DNA of 64,000 nt from Octopus sinensis (taxonomy: Eukaryota). A program made the position numbers and the translations under genes. Below the pieces are notes generated by a model. It was given only the letters and a program-made list of their open reading frames with translations, ran no database searches and was not told where the DNA came from. Location: contig NC_042998.1 in the NCBI RefSeq assembly GCF_006345805.1, positions 194,680,001 through 194,744,000 on the forward strand, written 5' to 3'. Shown piece by piece: positions 36,505 through 49,757 of the stretch. Each line of letters begins with the position of its first letter. Position 1 is the first letter of the stretch.

Positions 36505-38885
36505 AATTCACTCCTAAGGATTTCATTAGATCAGGGCTGTGATATTAAATACTTGCCCAAGGTGTCAGCAGTGGGACTGAATCCATAACAATGTGGTTGG
36601 GAATACTAGCCATGTTTGTGAGTCAAGAGAAGAAAACAAAATTCTAGTAATAATTTTTTCGAAATTAATTTTACATTAATTTACTTGTTTAAGGAAAAAT
36701 TTGATTTTACTTTACAGGCAAAGGAGCAATTACAGATTTGTTTCAGTTTTAGTAAATCTTGTCAACTTAGTCTACTCAAGCTTGTTTTTGATCAGTTGAC
36801 AGTTGTTTTTATATAATGCAAAAAGGTTTAGGAAAATTTTTGATGTAGATGCTTCCTCATTGGTTTGAAATTGGTTTATTTGTTTATCCACAGGTTGATG
36901 TTGATTAAGAATTTCTATGATCAAAGGTATTCCAGCTATGATCATACTGTCATATTCCAAAGATAGTTTATCCCAAACTATATGTAACTTGCTTTTTTTT
37001 TTTAAAGATGATTGCGTGATGTTTGAGAGTGAATTGGCTGTTATTTCTAGTTAGCTGAATGACCATGTAGGAGCTACCTCATTGATACCGAAATTAGTCC
37101 AGTAGTTCAGATTCCAATGTAATTTGAAGCCTTAGCTATGGCAAAAATTGTTCAGTAGCAGGAGTGGGTCAGAGGGAGAATCTTTCCTAATCTTATTTGC
37201 TATTTCAGTTTTCTTCTCTAAATACGTAAATAAAAACTGACTTTAGAGAGTAACATGGCATAGACCGAAGTTTTAGTCCTTACACACTGAAGTGAAAGTA
37301 TGCAGACAAGTACACACACAAACGCACAGAAGCACTGTTATACAAACAGACATAAACATGGAAAAGCCTTCACACATCACAAACTTATGGTGTATTAAGT
37401 CTAGGGAAAAATGCCAAGTTTAGTTGAATTCCAGTTTCTACCCCAGATTAATTCCTTAAGAAAACAGATACGTAACTCCATGCATTTGCGTGTGCAAGTG
37501 TCAGTGTGTAGGTATATGTATATGCACACACACAAGTAATTATTTTAACTTTCAGTCTAGATGATTCATCTATAACATTGCCTTATTTTCCTTTCTCCTC
37601 CTCTATCATCATGTCTTGTATTTCCTCACCACCTCCATGCACACACATACACATACAACAATCTTACACAACAACCACCAGCCCTTGCACACACGCACAA
37701 CCACCACATACCATCACCATCATTGTCATCAGTACCCCCACCACCACCACCACTACCATTATCATCATCATTATCATCAGGAAGCAATTAAAGATACGTA
37801 GACAGGAAAGACATCTGGTCCATCAGGAATCACCATCTGGTTGAGTAGGACAACCAGATGTCTAGCTCACCATCTGGTTGAGCTAGACACTCTCGTAGTC
37901 AATCAGGTATTGTAGGAAGGTGCCAATAGCAAATGGTTGGCATAGCATCATCATCATCATCATCAACTGCTACAAAGAGACTGAGAGAAATAATTGCAGA
38001 GGTGTTAAATTGTTGGACCATGTTGTGACAGTTACAGAAAGAGTTAACAAGTTCAATTGATTAGGAAGAAAATCAACCAAAATGAAATACAGTTTGGCTT
38101 CATGCCTTGGAGAAATATGAGGGTGGGTTGTAAAGTTCATAGGCTGACTATGAAGGTGTGATGGTAAAGCTGTGTAATCTTGCATGCATTAATTCACTCC
38201 TAAGGATTTCGTTAGATCAGGGCTATGGTATTAAATACTTGCCCAAGGTGTCAGCAGTGGGACTGAATCCATAACAATTTGGTTGGGAATACTAGCCATG
38301 TTTATGAGTCAAGAGAAGAAAACAAAATTCTAGTAATAATTTTTTCAAAATTAATTTTACATTAATTTACTTGTTTAAGGAAAAATCTGATTTTACTTTA
38401 CAGGCAAATGAGCAATTACAGATTGCACACACGCACAACCACCACCACTACCATCATTATCATCATCATCATCAAGAAGCAATTAAAGATACGTAGACAG
38501 GAAAGACATCTGGTCCATCAGGAATCACCATCTGGCTGAGTAGGACAACCAGATGTGTAGCTCACCATCTGGTTGAGCTAGACACTTTCGTAGTCAATCA
38601 GGTATTGTAGGAAGGTGCCAATAGTAAATGGTTGGCATAGCATCATCATCATCAACTGCTACAAAGAGACTGAGAGAAATAATTGCAGAGGTGTTAAATT
38701 GTTGGATCATGTTATGACAGTTACAGAAAGAGTTAACAATTTCAATTGATTAGGAAGAAAATCAACCAAAATGAAATACAGTTTGGCTTCATGCCTTGGA
38801 GAAATATGAGGGTGGGTTGTAAAGTTCATAGGCTGACTATGAAGGTGTGATGGTAAAGCTGTGTAATCTTGTATGCATTAATTTC
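36505..38885 (+). repeat. Local tandem duplication with internal deletion in the second copy
   Basis: 38190-38425 repeats 36505-36739, and 38425-38885 repeats 37686-38195. Confidence 0.88.
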
Positions 38886-40148
38886 AACTCATTAATAACT
38901 GCATTGTTTCTTTCCAGCTAAATTGACACCTGATCATTCAAAGAAGTCTTCAAAAGTAGCAACTTCTCTTGTAAATGGACAAAATTAGCATTGTTGTGTT
39001 ATCAAGTACCTGCAGAAAAAGGGGTTTAGCCCCCAAGGAAATTCATACTGACATTGTTGCTACATAAGGGGATGATGTTCCAGCTTTGCCAATGGTGTAA
39101 AAGTGAGAGGTTGAATTTAGGAGGGGAATGGAGAGTCTTGAAGAAGACTCAAAATCTGGATGTCCTGCAACTGCTACCACCAAGGAAAAGAAGTAGATGT
39201 TTACAGTAGTAGTCAAAGTAAAGAATTTAGGGTGAAGGTTGGAGTATATCAAGGCTCAGTTCTCAGTCCTTCTAATCAATCTTAGACCTACAAGCCAGCA
39301 TACAGAAGTTTAAGGCTGACTGTCCTTAGAATCTCCTATATGCTAATGACCGAGTTTCTGCAGGTTCTGTCTATGGCTCGGTCAATCTTGTAGAGCCAGT
39401 ACTTGAGGTTCGTGTGATGACCACTTCTAAGTCTGCTGAGTGTTACCTGCTGCTGCCTGGTTAGAGATGAATCAGCGGTTCTGCTCACTCCATGGCAACA
39501 AAGGTCTTTTCCCTCAGAGTGAAAGCCAGATTATATGGTGCTTGTGTTAGAAATGCTGTGCTGCATGGTAGTGAGGCATGGGCCTTAAATACAGAGGACA
39601 TGAAAAGACTGGAAAGGAATGAAGCTAGCATGCTCTGTTGGATGTGCAATGTAAGTGTGCATGAATGCCATAGTATAAATGTGCTGAAAGACTGGGCAAA
39701 AGAGGAATCAGATGTAGTGTGCAAGAAAGAAGACTGTGCTTGTATGGACATGTGATGCATATGGATGAGGTCAGCTGTATATAGAAATACCAATACATCT
39801 TTTTCCCCTATACATTCTTGCAAACCCCATTCCTCCCACCAGCTTTTGCCCCTGCTACCCAAGGTGTCACCTGGATACTTTATCACTACTGACTGTCTCT
39901 AATTTACTCTAACTCTCTCTTCTGTGTGTGTGGGGGTGGTGGAAAGTTCTTGGTTTTAAGGGTAGTGCAAAAGGCCTGGTTGGAGGCCCAACCTTCCCAG
40001 TTCTTTTACAGGGCTTTGAAAAACTGAAGGACCGCTGCAATAAGTGTGTGAATCTGAGAGAGGAAAATGTTGAATAAAATCATAATTATCTGATCCTCCT
40101 GTATTTTCTTTTACCGAAAGCCAGGAATTTTTCAGTACCCCCTCATAA
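38806..40148 (+). mobile_element. Decayed mariner element (5' and 3' ends) with nested RTE fragments
   Basis: TATGAGGGTGG... left end; MDKI...VIKYLQKK...EFRRGMESLEEDSKSGCPAT; right end ...TACCCCCTCATA. RTE fragment 39200-39800 (KARLYGACVRNAVLHGSEAW). Confidence 0.65.
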
Positions 40149-40149
40149 A

Positions 40150-41400
40150 TGTGAATAACCATGTAGTCCTCGAATAGTAGCTGCTCTATTCCAGCCTCTT
40201 CCCTCATACCTTCATTCCCATCTAGCATACAGAGGCAACATCCTTCCTCTCTTGTTGACTTGTGAATTCTAATAATGGTTTTGCTGGAGTCACCTCCCAA
40301 AAGTTTTTAAATACCATCAAAGTAATATAGAAGCTGTGTTAAACAACCTCAGCATCACTGAAAACCATGATTGCCGGAATTTAAGAGACCATTGTTCTCT
40401 AGAATGCCAGGTCACCACCTTATCACAGTTTCAAATACTTTAATGCGATCAGTTGGCAGTAACCGCAAACAACATATTTCCTATTTTAAAAACTGGGATA
40501 ACTGATTGGGATACAAAAAATTTAGGCATACAGTATGTGTCCTGTGATTTTCTCCTGAGATTAGCTACAGAAAACACAAATTGGTGTTGGCATTTCTTTG
40601 GAACACCCACGAGAATTTTATTGAGGTTTACTGTAGAGTAATGTTTAATTTTATTTATTATTGTAATGAAGTCTGATGTGTTGAAAATTATGTCAGAGAC
40701 AATATATTAGGGATTGACTCAATTTATACTGCCTAAGTCAATGTCAGAAGGACCACAGAAGACAGCAGTATTGTTTCTGTAGAATGTCTGACATTTCTTA
40801 GGCAGTGGACCAATGAATATTTATGATCCATTATGTCTATTGTCAAATGAGAACACTTTAGGGTTATGTCTGATTTTCTCAATGGCCCAGTTCTTCTTTA
40901 TAATTTTTGGCTATTCTGAGATGTTTTTTCTATTCAAGCATCATTATCGTTGTTGACTGTGGATACTGCTGCTGGTAGTATTTCAGTTGATAAATTGTAT
41001 ATGCAATCTTATGATTTTTCAGATGAAGGTTTTTTTCTCTCTTGGGAACCTACTCCTGCTTTTGTTTATGAATGTGGTTGGGGTGTGGCTTGAACATATA
41101 CTAGTAACTATATCCTCAGTTCTGCCAAGTCTCTTTGATGTCAGAGAAAGTGTATATGAAAGATCAGTTAACAAGTAATTGGTCATGTTTAATCCTCAGT
41201 TTGCTTCGCGTAGGCCTGTATTGTCAAATGGGTGTGTGGGAAGTATATGTGCTTGGTTGGCTTTTGTAATGTTGAAAACTAGGATTACAGAGTATCGTAT
41301 CATGGAGTGAGAGAAGAATTTTCTTAATTGAGTTGTAATGGATTTTGATAGGTCAGTTGGTTAATACAAAGTTCAAAATACTTTTGCTTACAACAAAATA
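40150..41400 (-). mobile_element. Highly decayed CR1-type LINE fragment
   Basis: LENNGLLNSGNHGFQ..RGCLTQLL-like RT motif at ~40330-40400; boundaries approximate. Confidence 0.45.
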
Positions 41401-42332
41401 TCAAGTGTCTTTAACATCACTGGCATGGGTTGGACGGCTTGACTGAGGGCTGGCAAGCCAGAAGGCTGCACCAGGTTCCAATCTGATCTGGCAAAGTTTC
41501 TACAGCTGGATGCCAACCACTCCAAGAGTGTAGTGGGTGCTTTTTACGTGCCACCGGCATGAGGACCAGTCAGGTGGTATTAGTTAGGACAATTGGTTAG
41601 GTTAAGGCGGCGAGCTGGCAGAAACGTTAGCACGCCAGGCGAGATGCTTAGTGGTATTTCGTCTGCCGTTACGTTGTGAGTTCAAATTCCGCTGAGGTCG
41701 ACTTTGCTTTTCATCCTATCGAGGTCGATAAATTAAGTACCAGTTACACACTGGGGTCGATGTAATCGACTTAATACCTATGTCTGTCCTTGTTTGTCCC
41801 CTCTATGTTTAGCCCCTTGTGGGTAATAAAGAAATAGGTATTGGTTAGGACAAATATGCTTTGCAAGAAGGGCTTGATGTGTATGGAGGTTAATAGCTAT
41901 GTAAACAAAGTGCTGTGTGCTCAAAGTAAATGAAACCTATGGAAGAGCAAGACTGGAGAAAACTTGGAACAAAGTGGGGAAAATGATTCTAGAATGTTGC
42001 ATTTCACAATGAGAACACAGGATTATGATGAATGGGGACATGCAGTACTGGGGAAGACCTGCTCACTCATGCAAGCATGGAAAAACACTCCTAAAAATGG
42101 GAGTAGCAAATGCAAGCTGGGATATATGATATATCCACAGCAGCCTTTTGCCTATTTTGTTCCTGCTCTCCATCTCCATGCTGTTTCTCTTGCTTATTTA
42201 ACACTCGCATATCCCTCCATCATCTCCTCTTCCCTAATTACTGTAATATTTCATCCACTACACTCTTATTGTTGACCATTTCAAACAACTATACAACACT
42301 CTTTTACTTGTTTCAGTCATTTGACACACACA

Positions 42333-42375
<43 letters not shown>

Positions 42376-43076
42376 TACATATACGACGGGCTTCTTTCAG
42401 TTTCCGCCTACCAAATCCACTCACAAGGCTTTGGTCGGCCCGAGGCTATAGTAGAAGACACTTGCCCAAGGTGCCACGCAGTGGGACTGAACCTGGAACC
42501 ATGTGGTTGGTAAACAAGCTACTTACCACACAGCCACTTCTGCGCCTATTCAACACTCTTCCCATCAAATATGTAGCTGCCACTAGTGTTTCTCTCCCAT
42601 ATTAATGCTCGAGTAATGTGGGATTGCCTTGGATTGATTGGTATCCAATGCACCTTGCCATCTACCCTCCTGTGCTACCTGCCATTACCTCTCTCTCAGT
42701 TCAGTTTTTATATTGACAACCATCACTATTCCTATGGACATTGTGACTATCCGTCATTTGTGCTTTCTCAACTCCTTCCAAGGTCAATGAATCGAAATTA
42801 GATAGTGAAATAACTATTTTTGCTCCACAGTCAAACACATGCATTCTGTTGTGCTCTATCTATTTGGCTTATACTGCTCAAAATGATAATGTGTACATAT
42901 GAAATGTATTTATATACTCTTTACTCTTTTACTTGTTTCAGTCATTTGACTGCGGCCATGCTGGAGCACTGCCTTTAGTCGAGCAAATCGACCCCAGGAC
43001 TTATTCTTTGTAAGCCTAGTACTTATTCTATCGGTCTCTTAACACACACATAAATATATAGACACACACACCACAC

Positions 43077-43108
<32 letters not shown>

Positions 43109-43229
43109 TATATATGTGTGTGTGTCTATATATTTATGTGTGTGTTAGAGACCGATAGAATAAGTACTAGGCTTACAAAAATAAGTCCTGGGGTCGATTT
43201 GCTCGACTAAAGGCAGTGCTCCAGCATGG

Positions 43230-43275
<46 letters not shown>

Positions 43276-43366
43276 TGTGTGTGTGTGTTGTCTGTGTTTC
43301 TCCCCCCAACATCGCTTGACAACTGATGTTGGTGTGTTTATTATGTCCCTGTAACTTGCCGAACTG

Positions 43367-43397
<31 letters not shown>

Positions 43398-43766
43398 GAC
43401 AGGCTTCTTTCAGTTTCCGTCTACCAAATCCACTCACAAGGCTTTGGTCAGCCGGAGGCTATAGTAGAAGACACTTGCCCAAGTTGCCACGCAGTGGGAC
43501 TGAACCCGGAACCATGTGGTTGGTAAGCAAGCTACTTACTATACAGCCACTCCTGCGCCTATCATTATCATTTGGTTATTTTAATTGCACTACATAATTA
43601 TTTGACAGTGTTATCATTTAACAATGACAAAACCAACATATTAACTCTTGATTTCAATTCAGATTCTAATAGAATGCACATAAAAAACCTGCACAATAAA
43701 AATATGCAGGTTTTTTTTTGTACTACTCTGCAAGTGCATATTATTAAAGTGATTACTACTGATTAA

Positions 43767-43992
43767 ACCATTAGCATTTAAACCGGCCATAACTGGCTCA
43801 AATATTCTACCTATTTTATGCTCAAACCAGCCATATCTCAAACTCTCACACCTACCCTATGATATCATTCTTAAAATATACAATTATATCATCAAAATCC
43901 TAAAGCTACAAGGTAAGGTAACACATAATTAATTCAAAACAGTGTGAGTAAATAAGCATTACATTTGACAAAGTAATCTGAACGCTTAAGGG
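43767..43992. mobile_element. piggyBac-type MITE
   Basis: TTAA on both flanks (43763-66, 43993-96); imperfect TIRs ACCATTAGCATT / AACGCTTAAGGG. Confidence 0.65.
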
Positions 43993-44139
43993 TTAAGAAG
44001 GAACTTCTTTTTCATAAGGTACAAATGCCTCTAAATTATAAGGAAAAAGGATTATTGAAACAGTAATATCTTTTCAAATGACATGATGGTCTTTGGGGAA
44101 CGAAATAACTTTAATTAGAAACAAACTACTTTCTTTGGT

Positions 44140-46100
44140 TCGGTGGCACGCCTCCATCAATGTTGGTACAATGAAAGGAAGGACTGGTGAGATTATTGAA
44201 ATGCTGGAGCAATAGCATGTAGATGTGTGTGGTGTACAAGAAGATAGAGAGGAGGCTCCACTAGATTCCTCACGGGTAAGAAACAGAAGTTCAAATTCTT
44301 CTGGGTAGGCAGGAGTGATGGGGTGGGTGGTGTAGGCATACCTTTGGTGGGAAGATGAATAGATAAGGTGATTAAGATAGTCAGAGTACGTGATAGAGTA
44401 GTTAAGCTGAGATTAATCTCAGATAAATTAACAGTTCCATTTATCTTGAATATCAGCATTTATCTTGGCCTATGTTCTGCAGTCTGGGCTGGCTGATGAC
44501 CAGAAGGACCAATTTTACAAGGCCTTTTTGTAGACTACTTCAACAACAAATGACAGAAACTTGGTTATTGTGACTGGTGACTTCAATGGACATGTTGGGC
44601 AGCACTCCCATGGATTTCATGGTTTGCATAGAGGTTAAGGCTTTGGCTCTAGGAATGTGGATGGAACAAGACTGCTGGAGTTCTGTAATGCAAATCATTT
44701 CATATATCTGCAACACTAACTTCAGGAAATCAGCCAGCCACCTGGTCACCTATCGGTCTGCTGGGCATATACACCTGATGATTACATCCTCACCAAGCAG
44801 CAAGACAGAGAGATGCTTACAAATGCAAAGTTTTTCCCAAAGGAAGAATGTACAACCCAACATAGGTTACTAGTTAGTGACTTCAAAATTAGAGCTAGAA
44901 GGGCTCTGAGAAATAAACCAGTTTGGAAAAGGTTGTGAGAGCTCAAAAACCCAGCAAAATGACAGAAATTTAGAGATATTCTAATGGAAGCTTATGATGA
45001 TGAGGAGGAGGAGTTGGGGACACATAGCTTAGAGGATAACTGAAAGTTCCTGTGGGACAACCTACTGAGAGCCAAAGACCAAATTTATGGCTGGGACTTT
45101 GTACCAACCAGGCTGAGGGTAACATGGAGGTGGAACAAGTAGGTTAGACAGCACTATAAAAGCAAAGAGACAAGCCTGGAGAGACTGGAAAATTGCAGAA
45201 GTGGAGATATATACAAGGTAGCCAGAAGGGAAGCTAGGTGACAGGTTTACATAGCAAAAAGAATAGGATATGGCCTAGTCACTCATATAGTTAACCAGGT
45301 TATCTGGGAAGCATCATCCCCAATGACTGGTGTAGGAGTATTTTAGTTAGCTACTACAAGGGTATAGGTAATGCCTCAGAAACAACTAGAGGCATCAAAC
45401 TGCTGGACCAAATAATGAAAATTACAGAGAGATTTATAGCTCAATTAATTAGGAACAGAAGTAAACTAGATGAGATGCAGTTGGTTTTTTTTGCCTGGGA
45501 AGAGTACCACAAATGCCATCTTCTTAGTGAGACAGCTGTAATAGAAGTATATGGTCAAAAGTAAATCACTGTATTTGGCTTTTGTCGACCTTGAGAAAGC
45601 TTTTGAGAGAGTCCCACGCTGTTATCCGGTGGCCTCTAAGGAAATTAGGGTTATATGAATGGCTTGGTAGAGCTGTACAAGCTATGTACAGCAGTGCTGT
45701 TAGTAGGGTGAAAGTCAGCCAGGAAGTAATGAATTTGGTATACATGCAGAGGTTCGCCCGTGCTCAGTTCTCAGTCCACTGTTATTCCTCATAGTCCTCC
45801 AGGTCATAACAGAAGAGTTTAAACCTGGCTACCAGTGGGAACTACTATATGCTAATGACCTCGCTCTTATTGCAGAGTCTGGGGCAGAACTGGAGAAATT
45901 CTAGATATGGAAACAAAACCTGGGATCAAAGGGCCTGAAAATGAATCTAATGAAGACCAAAGTTGTTGTCAGCAAGAAAGTGGATAAGATTTTTTTTCTA
46001 CAAAGTAAGTAATGGCCCTGCTCAAAATGTAGGAAAGGTATTAGGAGGAATTACATTCACTGCACTCAGTACCAGCTGTGTACACATAAGAGGTGAAGTT
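44140..46100 (+). mobile_element. Decayed RTE-clade LINE (APE endonuclease + RT)
   Basis: NVGTMKGRTGE, VCGVQE, VTGDFNGHVG, ICNTNFRK, AFVDLEKAFERVP, GSVLSPLLF, ELLYANDL; many stops and frameshifts. Confidence 0.9.
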
Positions 46101-46218
46101 TGTTGCTGAAATTTAGTAGATAGAATCTGCACACACACATGTATCTATGTGTGTGTGTGTGTGTGCGTGCGTGTGCGTGTGTGTGTGTGTTTGTGTGTGT
46201 GTGTATATATATATTGCA

Positions 46219-46296
46219 ACAAAATTTTATCTTGAGTTACCCAAGATTTCGCACCCACAAAGCCCAAGCCTTGTGGACAGCTCGTCAGACTCTATA
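46219..46296 (-). ncRNA. Type I hammerhead ribozyme candidate in the 3' pseudo-LTR
   Basis: CUGACGA - stem II (GC-U-GUCCACAAGGC/UUGG/GCUUUGUGGGU-GC) - GAAA - stem III (UCUUGGG/UAA/CUCAAGA) - UA; stem I AUAGAGU/AUUUUGU pairs only with a 2-nt offset. Confidence 0.7.
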
Positions 46297-49253
46297 TGAA
46301 TACAACATTTTAAAATATCTACGTCGCAGACATGAGGAAACGCTCAGACTTGAGGAATATGAAAGGATGTTAATGAGAACAGATTATTTCCCCTTAATCA
46401 GAAGGAAAAAAAAAAACTTTTATAGACTTGGAGAGGCCTAATGAGCAAATAGGGAGATTCAATTTTCTAGTAAGTGGCGCTTGAAATGGATACATTGAGA
46501 AAACACTTCTTTACAGCTGTTTAATGTGCCAAGCTTCTTATAGTCCTAAAGAATTTTGGTTCTCTCTATGATGCAGATCTTGCAACAGGCACTTTCATTA
46601 ATATACGGGCCTGGATAATCAATTAATTTCCACCTGATATCACATGGGGGTTCCTTAATCTTTGAAGTGTCACATATGGCAGGCCTAGGATGCGATGAAC
46701 CGTTTTTCTGGGTCTCTGAAGGATGACTGGTGGTTAAGAAAATGTTTCTTGAATGAAGTACTTACCAAACCAATATTTTTATAAACATGGGATGTGGCCC
46801 TATTCGCACTCATCGTAACATATGGTGCGGGGTTGGTTATCCCATCAGTGATGAAGATGAATTTTTGGTCCTCATCCGAGGTGGCGGAACTGGGAACAGC
46901 AGATACCTCCTCCAAGTCATTGGTTCTGGATAGGTCGTTATTTCTGGGTGCAGCATTTGCACTCATATTCACATACATTGTGGGCCTGGCCACTCTATCT
47001 GCATCTATAGTTTGTTCATTATCCATGGCAGGGTACTGCGGTCTTTGGTGGCGCTGGTCCGACTTGGTTATCTCTGGGCGTGACAACTATATTGGTTACT
47101 GGTGTGAGACATGGTTAATCTGCTAATAATATTGCTGTTTGATGTTACATTACTGTTATTATAGATATTAGGTCTAGGTATCACCATAGCCTCATAGATA
47201 AACCCTTTAACCTCGCATTGGCCTGCTGCTGAACAGTTATTATACACCCAGCAAGAGCAACCTACCTCCTCCTTTGTATTGTGGGTACTTGATAAAATGC
47301 TTTTTATGTTAGGTGCACAACTAAAGAAGATTTTTAGGTTGTGTGTGTTAAACAAGTGCCTGTACCTATGTGTGTAAAATGTTTTCCCACATAAGTCGTG
47401 ACATTGAATGACAAGGGTGGAGTAAACCAAATGACATTTCTGCAGCTTTTCTTTTTCTGGATGTTAGGGCCAGGCATGTAGGAGATGTAGTCCTTAAACC
47501 CACTCGATGCCAGTGCCTTATTGTAGTAGGGAGCAGCACCATTAAAGATATCTTGGCTCGAGGATAGATTCAAGATCCTTTCACTATGTTTTGAAAACTA
47601 AGGGGTGGTGGGGTGGAAGGAGGCTGCGCTAATATAAGACAGTCTCTCGTTTGGTTTGTGATAGGGCCTGTATGTACCAGAGCCTAGGTCTAAAAACATC
47701 TACTGTGGTGAGATTAGTCGCAATGGTGACCTTGAGTCCCATTGAGCCTAAGGTGCTAATTAGGTCCTTTTTGAGTCTAATGTGTGGCTGTTGGCTCCTC
47801 TAGAGATGGCTAGGGCATCATCTCTGTAGAAGCTGAAGAAGATCAGAGGAAATCTCTTCTCTAAGGTGTCCAGGATGTACAGTCCGATAAGATCACAGAC
47901 GTTGGGGCAGTCATATGCTCCCATAGCTACATCAATGGAGCCCTCGGGATCAGATTGCTTGACCCAAGTAAAATCTTTGCTGGCATGCATGATGACTAAC
48001 ATTACTATCACTAATATCTGTGAAGCCCTTGGCAAAGGAACGTGCCTTCAATAAAAACTCCTTAGAAAAAGATGGATAAAAGTCAACAATGTGAAACTGT
48101 GTAAATCTAACCCTGCCTCTGTCCTGGTTGGAAAAGAACCACGAGGTTATTTCATTGGTGCTATGCCACAGAAGGAAGCTCATGTGTCTTCTTATGACAT
48201 CATTAATCCTCCTCAGTATATATTTACTCGCCTGACCAATCTCAGACTTGGCTAGGTTCATCAGGCAGCATTTGGGATTAGAGGCAAAATTTGGCTTGTG
48301 ATCTTTCAGAGTTATAAAAGCATTTCTCTTGGCCAAGATCTCTACTCTGCCTGCTATACCTAGATTAACTGCTATTTGTTTAGCCTCACAGTTATTGTTA
48401 TTGTGTGGAGAGAAGTCTGTCTGTATTTTTGTATGATTGAATAATTTAAAAGCCAATGTAAATGAACGCATCTATCATGTATAAGTTCTTAGTCTTATCC
48501 GAGAAGATTAAGGACCTGTTAGAGTTTCTTATTTTATAACTTCACAGAGTTTGCAAGGGGAAAAGGACTTATGGAATTTTGGCCTGGGTATTATGCTCAG
48601 TAGGTCTGCTTTGAAGGCCTTGAGTTTCTCGATTCTAGATGGGAACTTCCAAGACTTGATACCTATGTATTAGCCTCAGAAGGTGGCGTGCTTTGATCAT
48701 AGAAAAACACCTTCCATCTCATAAGTCTTATAAGGTCTATCATTTTCTCCAGTAACATTTCGTGTAGAATTCATTAGAAGGTATAGGGATTCTTTTGTAG
48801 AATATCCTAAATCGAAATGTTCCATGTTATCCTTGAGGTAGCAATTGATAATACGTAGAAGCGCAGGTCTCCGTATAGTAATCAAATGTAGACGATGTAG
48901 TGGACTTCATAAGACACTGTAACCAGGTTGTGGATAGACAGTTAATAAAAAACACGTATCAGAAAGAAGCACATCATCATCATCGTTTAATGTTCGCTTT
49001 CCATGCTAGCATGGGTTGGATGGTTCGACTGGGGTCTGGGAAGCCAGGAGGCTGCACCAGGCCCAGTCTGATCTGGCAGTGTTTCTACAGCTGGATGCCC
49101 TTCCTAATGCCAACCACTCCGTGAGTGTAGTGAGTGCTGTTTACGTGCCACTGGCACAGGTGCCAGGGGAGGCTGGCAACGGCCACAATCGGTTGGTGCT
49201 TTTTACGTGCCACCGGCACGGACATTCTAAGAAATAGAGCAGTAGTTATTACA

Positions 49254-49331
49254 ACAAAATTTTATATAGAGTTACCCAAAGTTTTGCATCCACAAAGCCA
49301 CAGCCTTGTGGACAGCTCATCGGATTCTATA
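49254..49331 (-). ncRNA. Mutated hammerhead copy in the 5' pseudo-LTR
   Basis: CCGAUGA-stem II-AAAA: core substitutions U4C and G12A, with stem II retained. Confidence 0.55.
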
Positions 49332-49706
49332 TGAATACAAAATTTTAAAATATCTACATTGCAGATGTGAGGAAACGCTCAGAACTCGAGGAATACGAAA
49401 AAACGTTAATGAAGATGGGTTATTTTCCCTTAATAGACTTGGGGAGGCCTAACGATTAAACAGGGAGATCCAATTTACTAGTAAGCAGTGCTTGAAGTGG
49501 ATACATTTAGAAAACCCTTCTTTACAGCTGTTTAATGTGCCAGGCTTCTTATAGTCCTTAAGGATTTTGGTTCACTCCATGATGCAGATCTTGCAATGGC
49601 CACTTCCATTAATATATGGACCTGGATAATCAATTAATTTCAACCGGATACCACAGCTCTATTTTTTAAAGTGTGCTTCTTTCTGATATATGTTTTTTAT
49701 TAACTA

Positions 49707-49757
<51 letters not shown>

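Larger units (their letters stand above)
46215..49655 (-). mobile_element. Penelope-like retroelement (Naiad-type), near full length, decayed, with pseudo-LTRs
   Basis: ATG at ~48825; MRWKVFFY; AFITLKDHKPNF..NPKC.L.N.AKSEIG; QFHIVDFYPS; MGAYD; YRDDAL; RNVIWF; CSC...C...GQC...FIYEA...NIG...FKKHFLNH; CKIC..E..LN..E....C.H (GIY-YIG). Direct repeats at 46217-46644 and 49252-49655. Confidence 0.88.

Noticed and set aside
46460-47280. Selenocysteine-encoding Naiad
   Set aside because: Conserved endonuclease Cys codons are TGT/TGC; the in-frame stops seen are TAG decay mutations.
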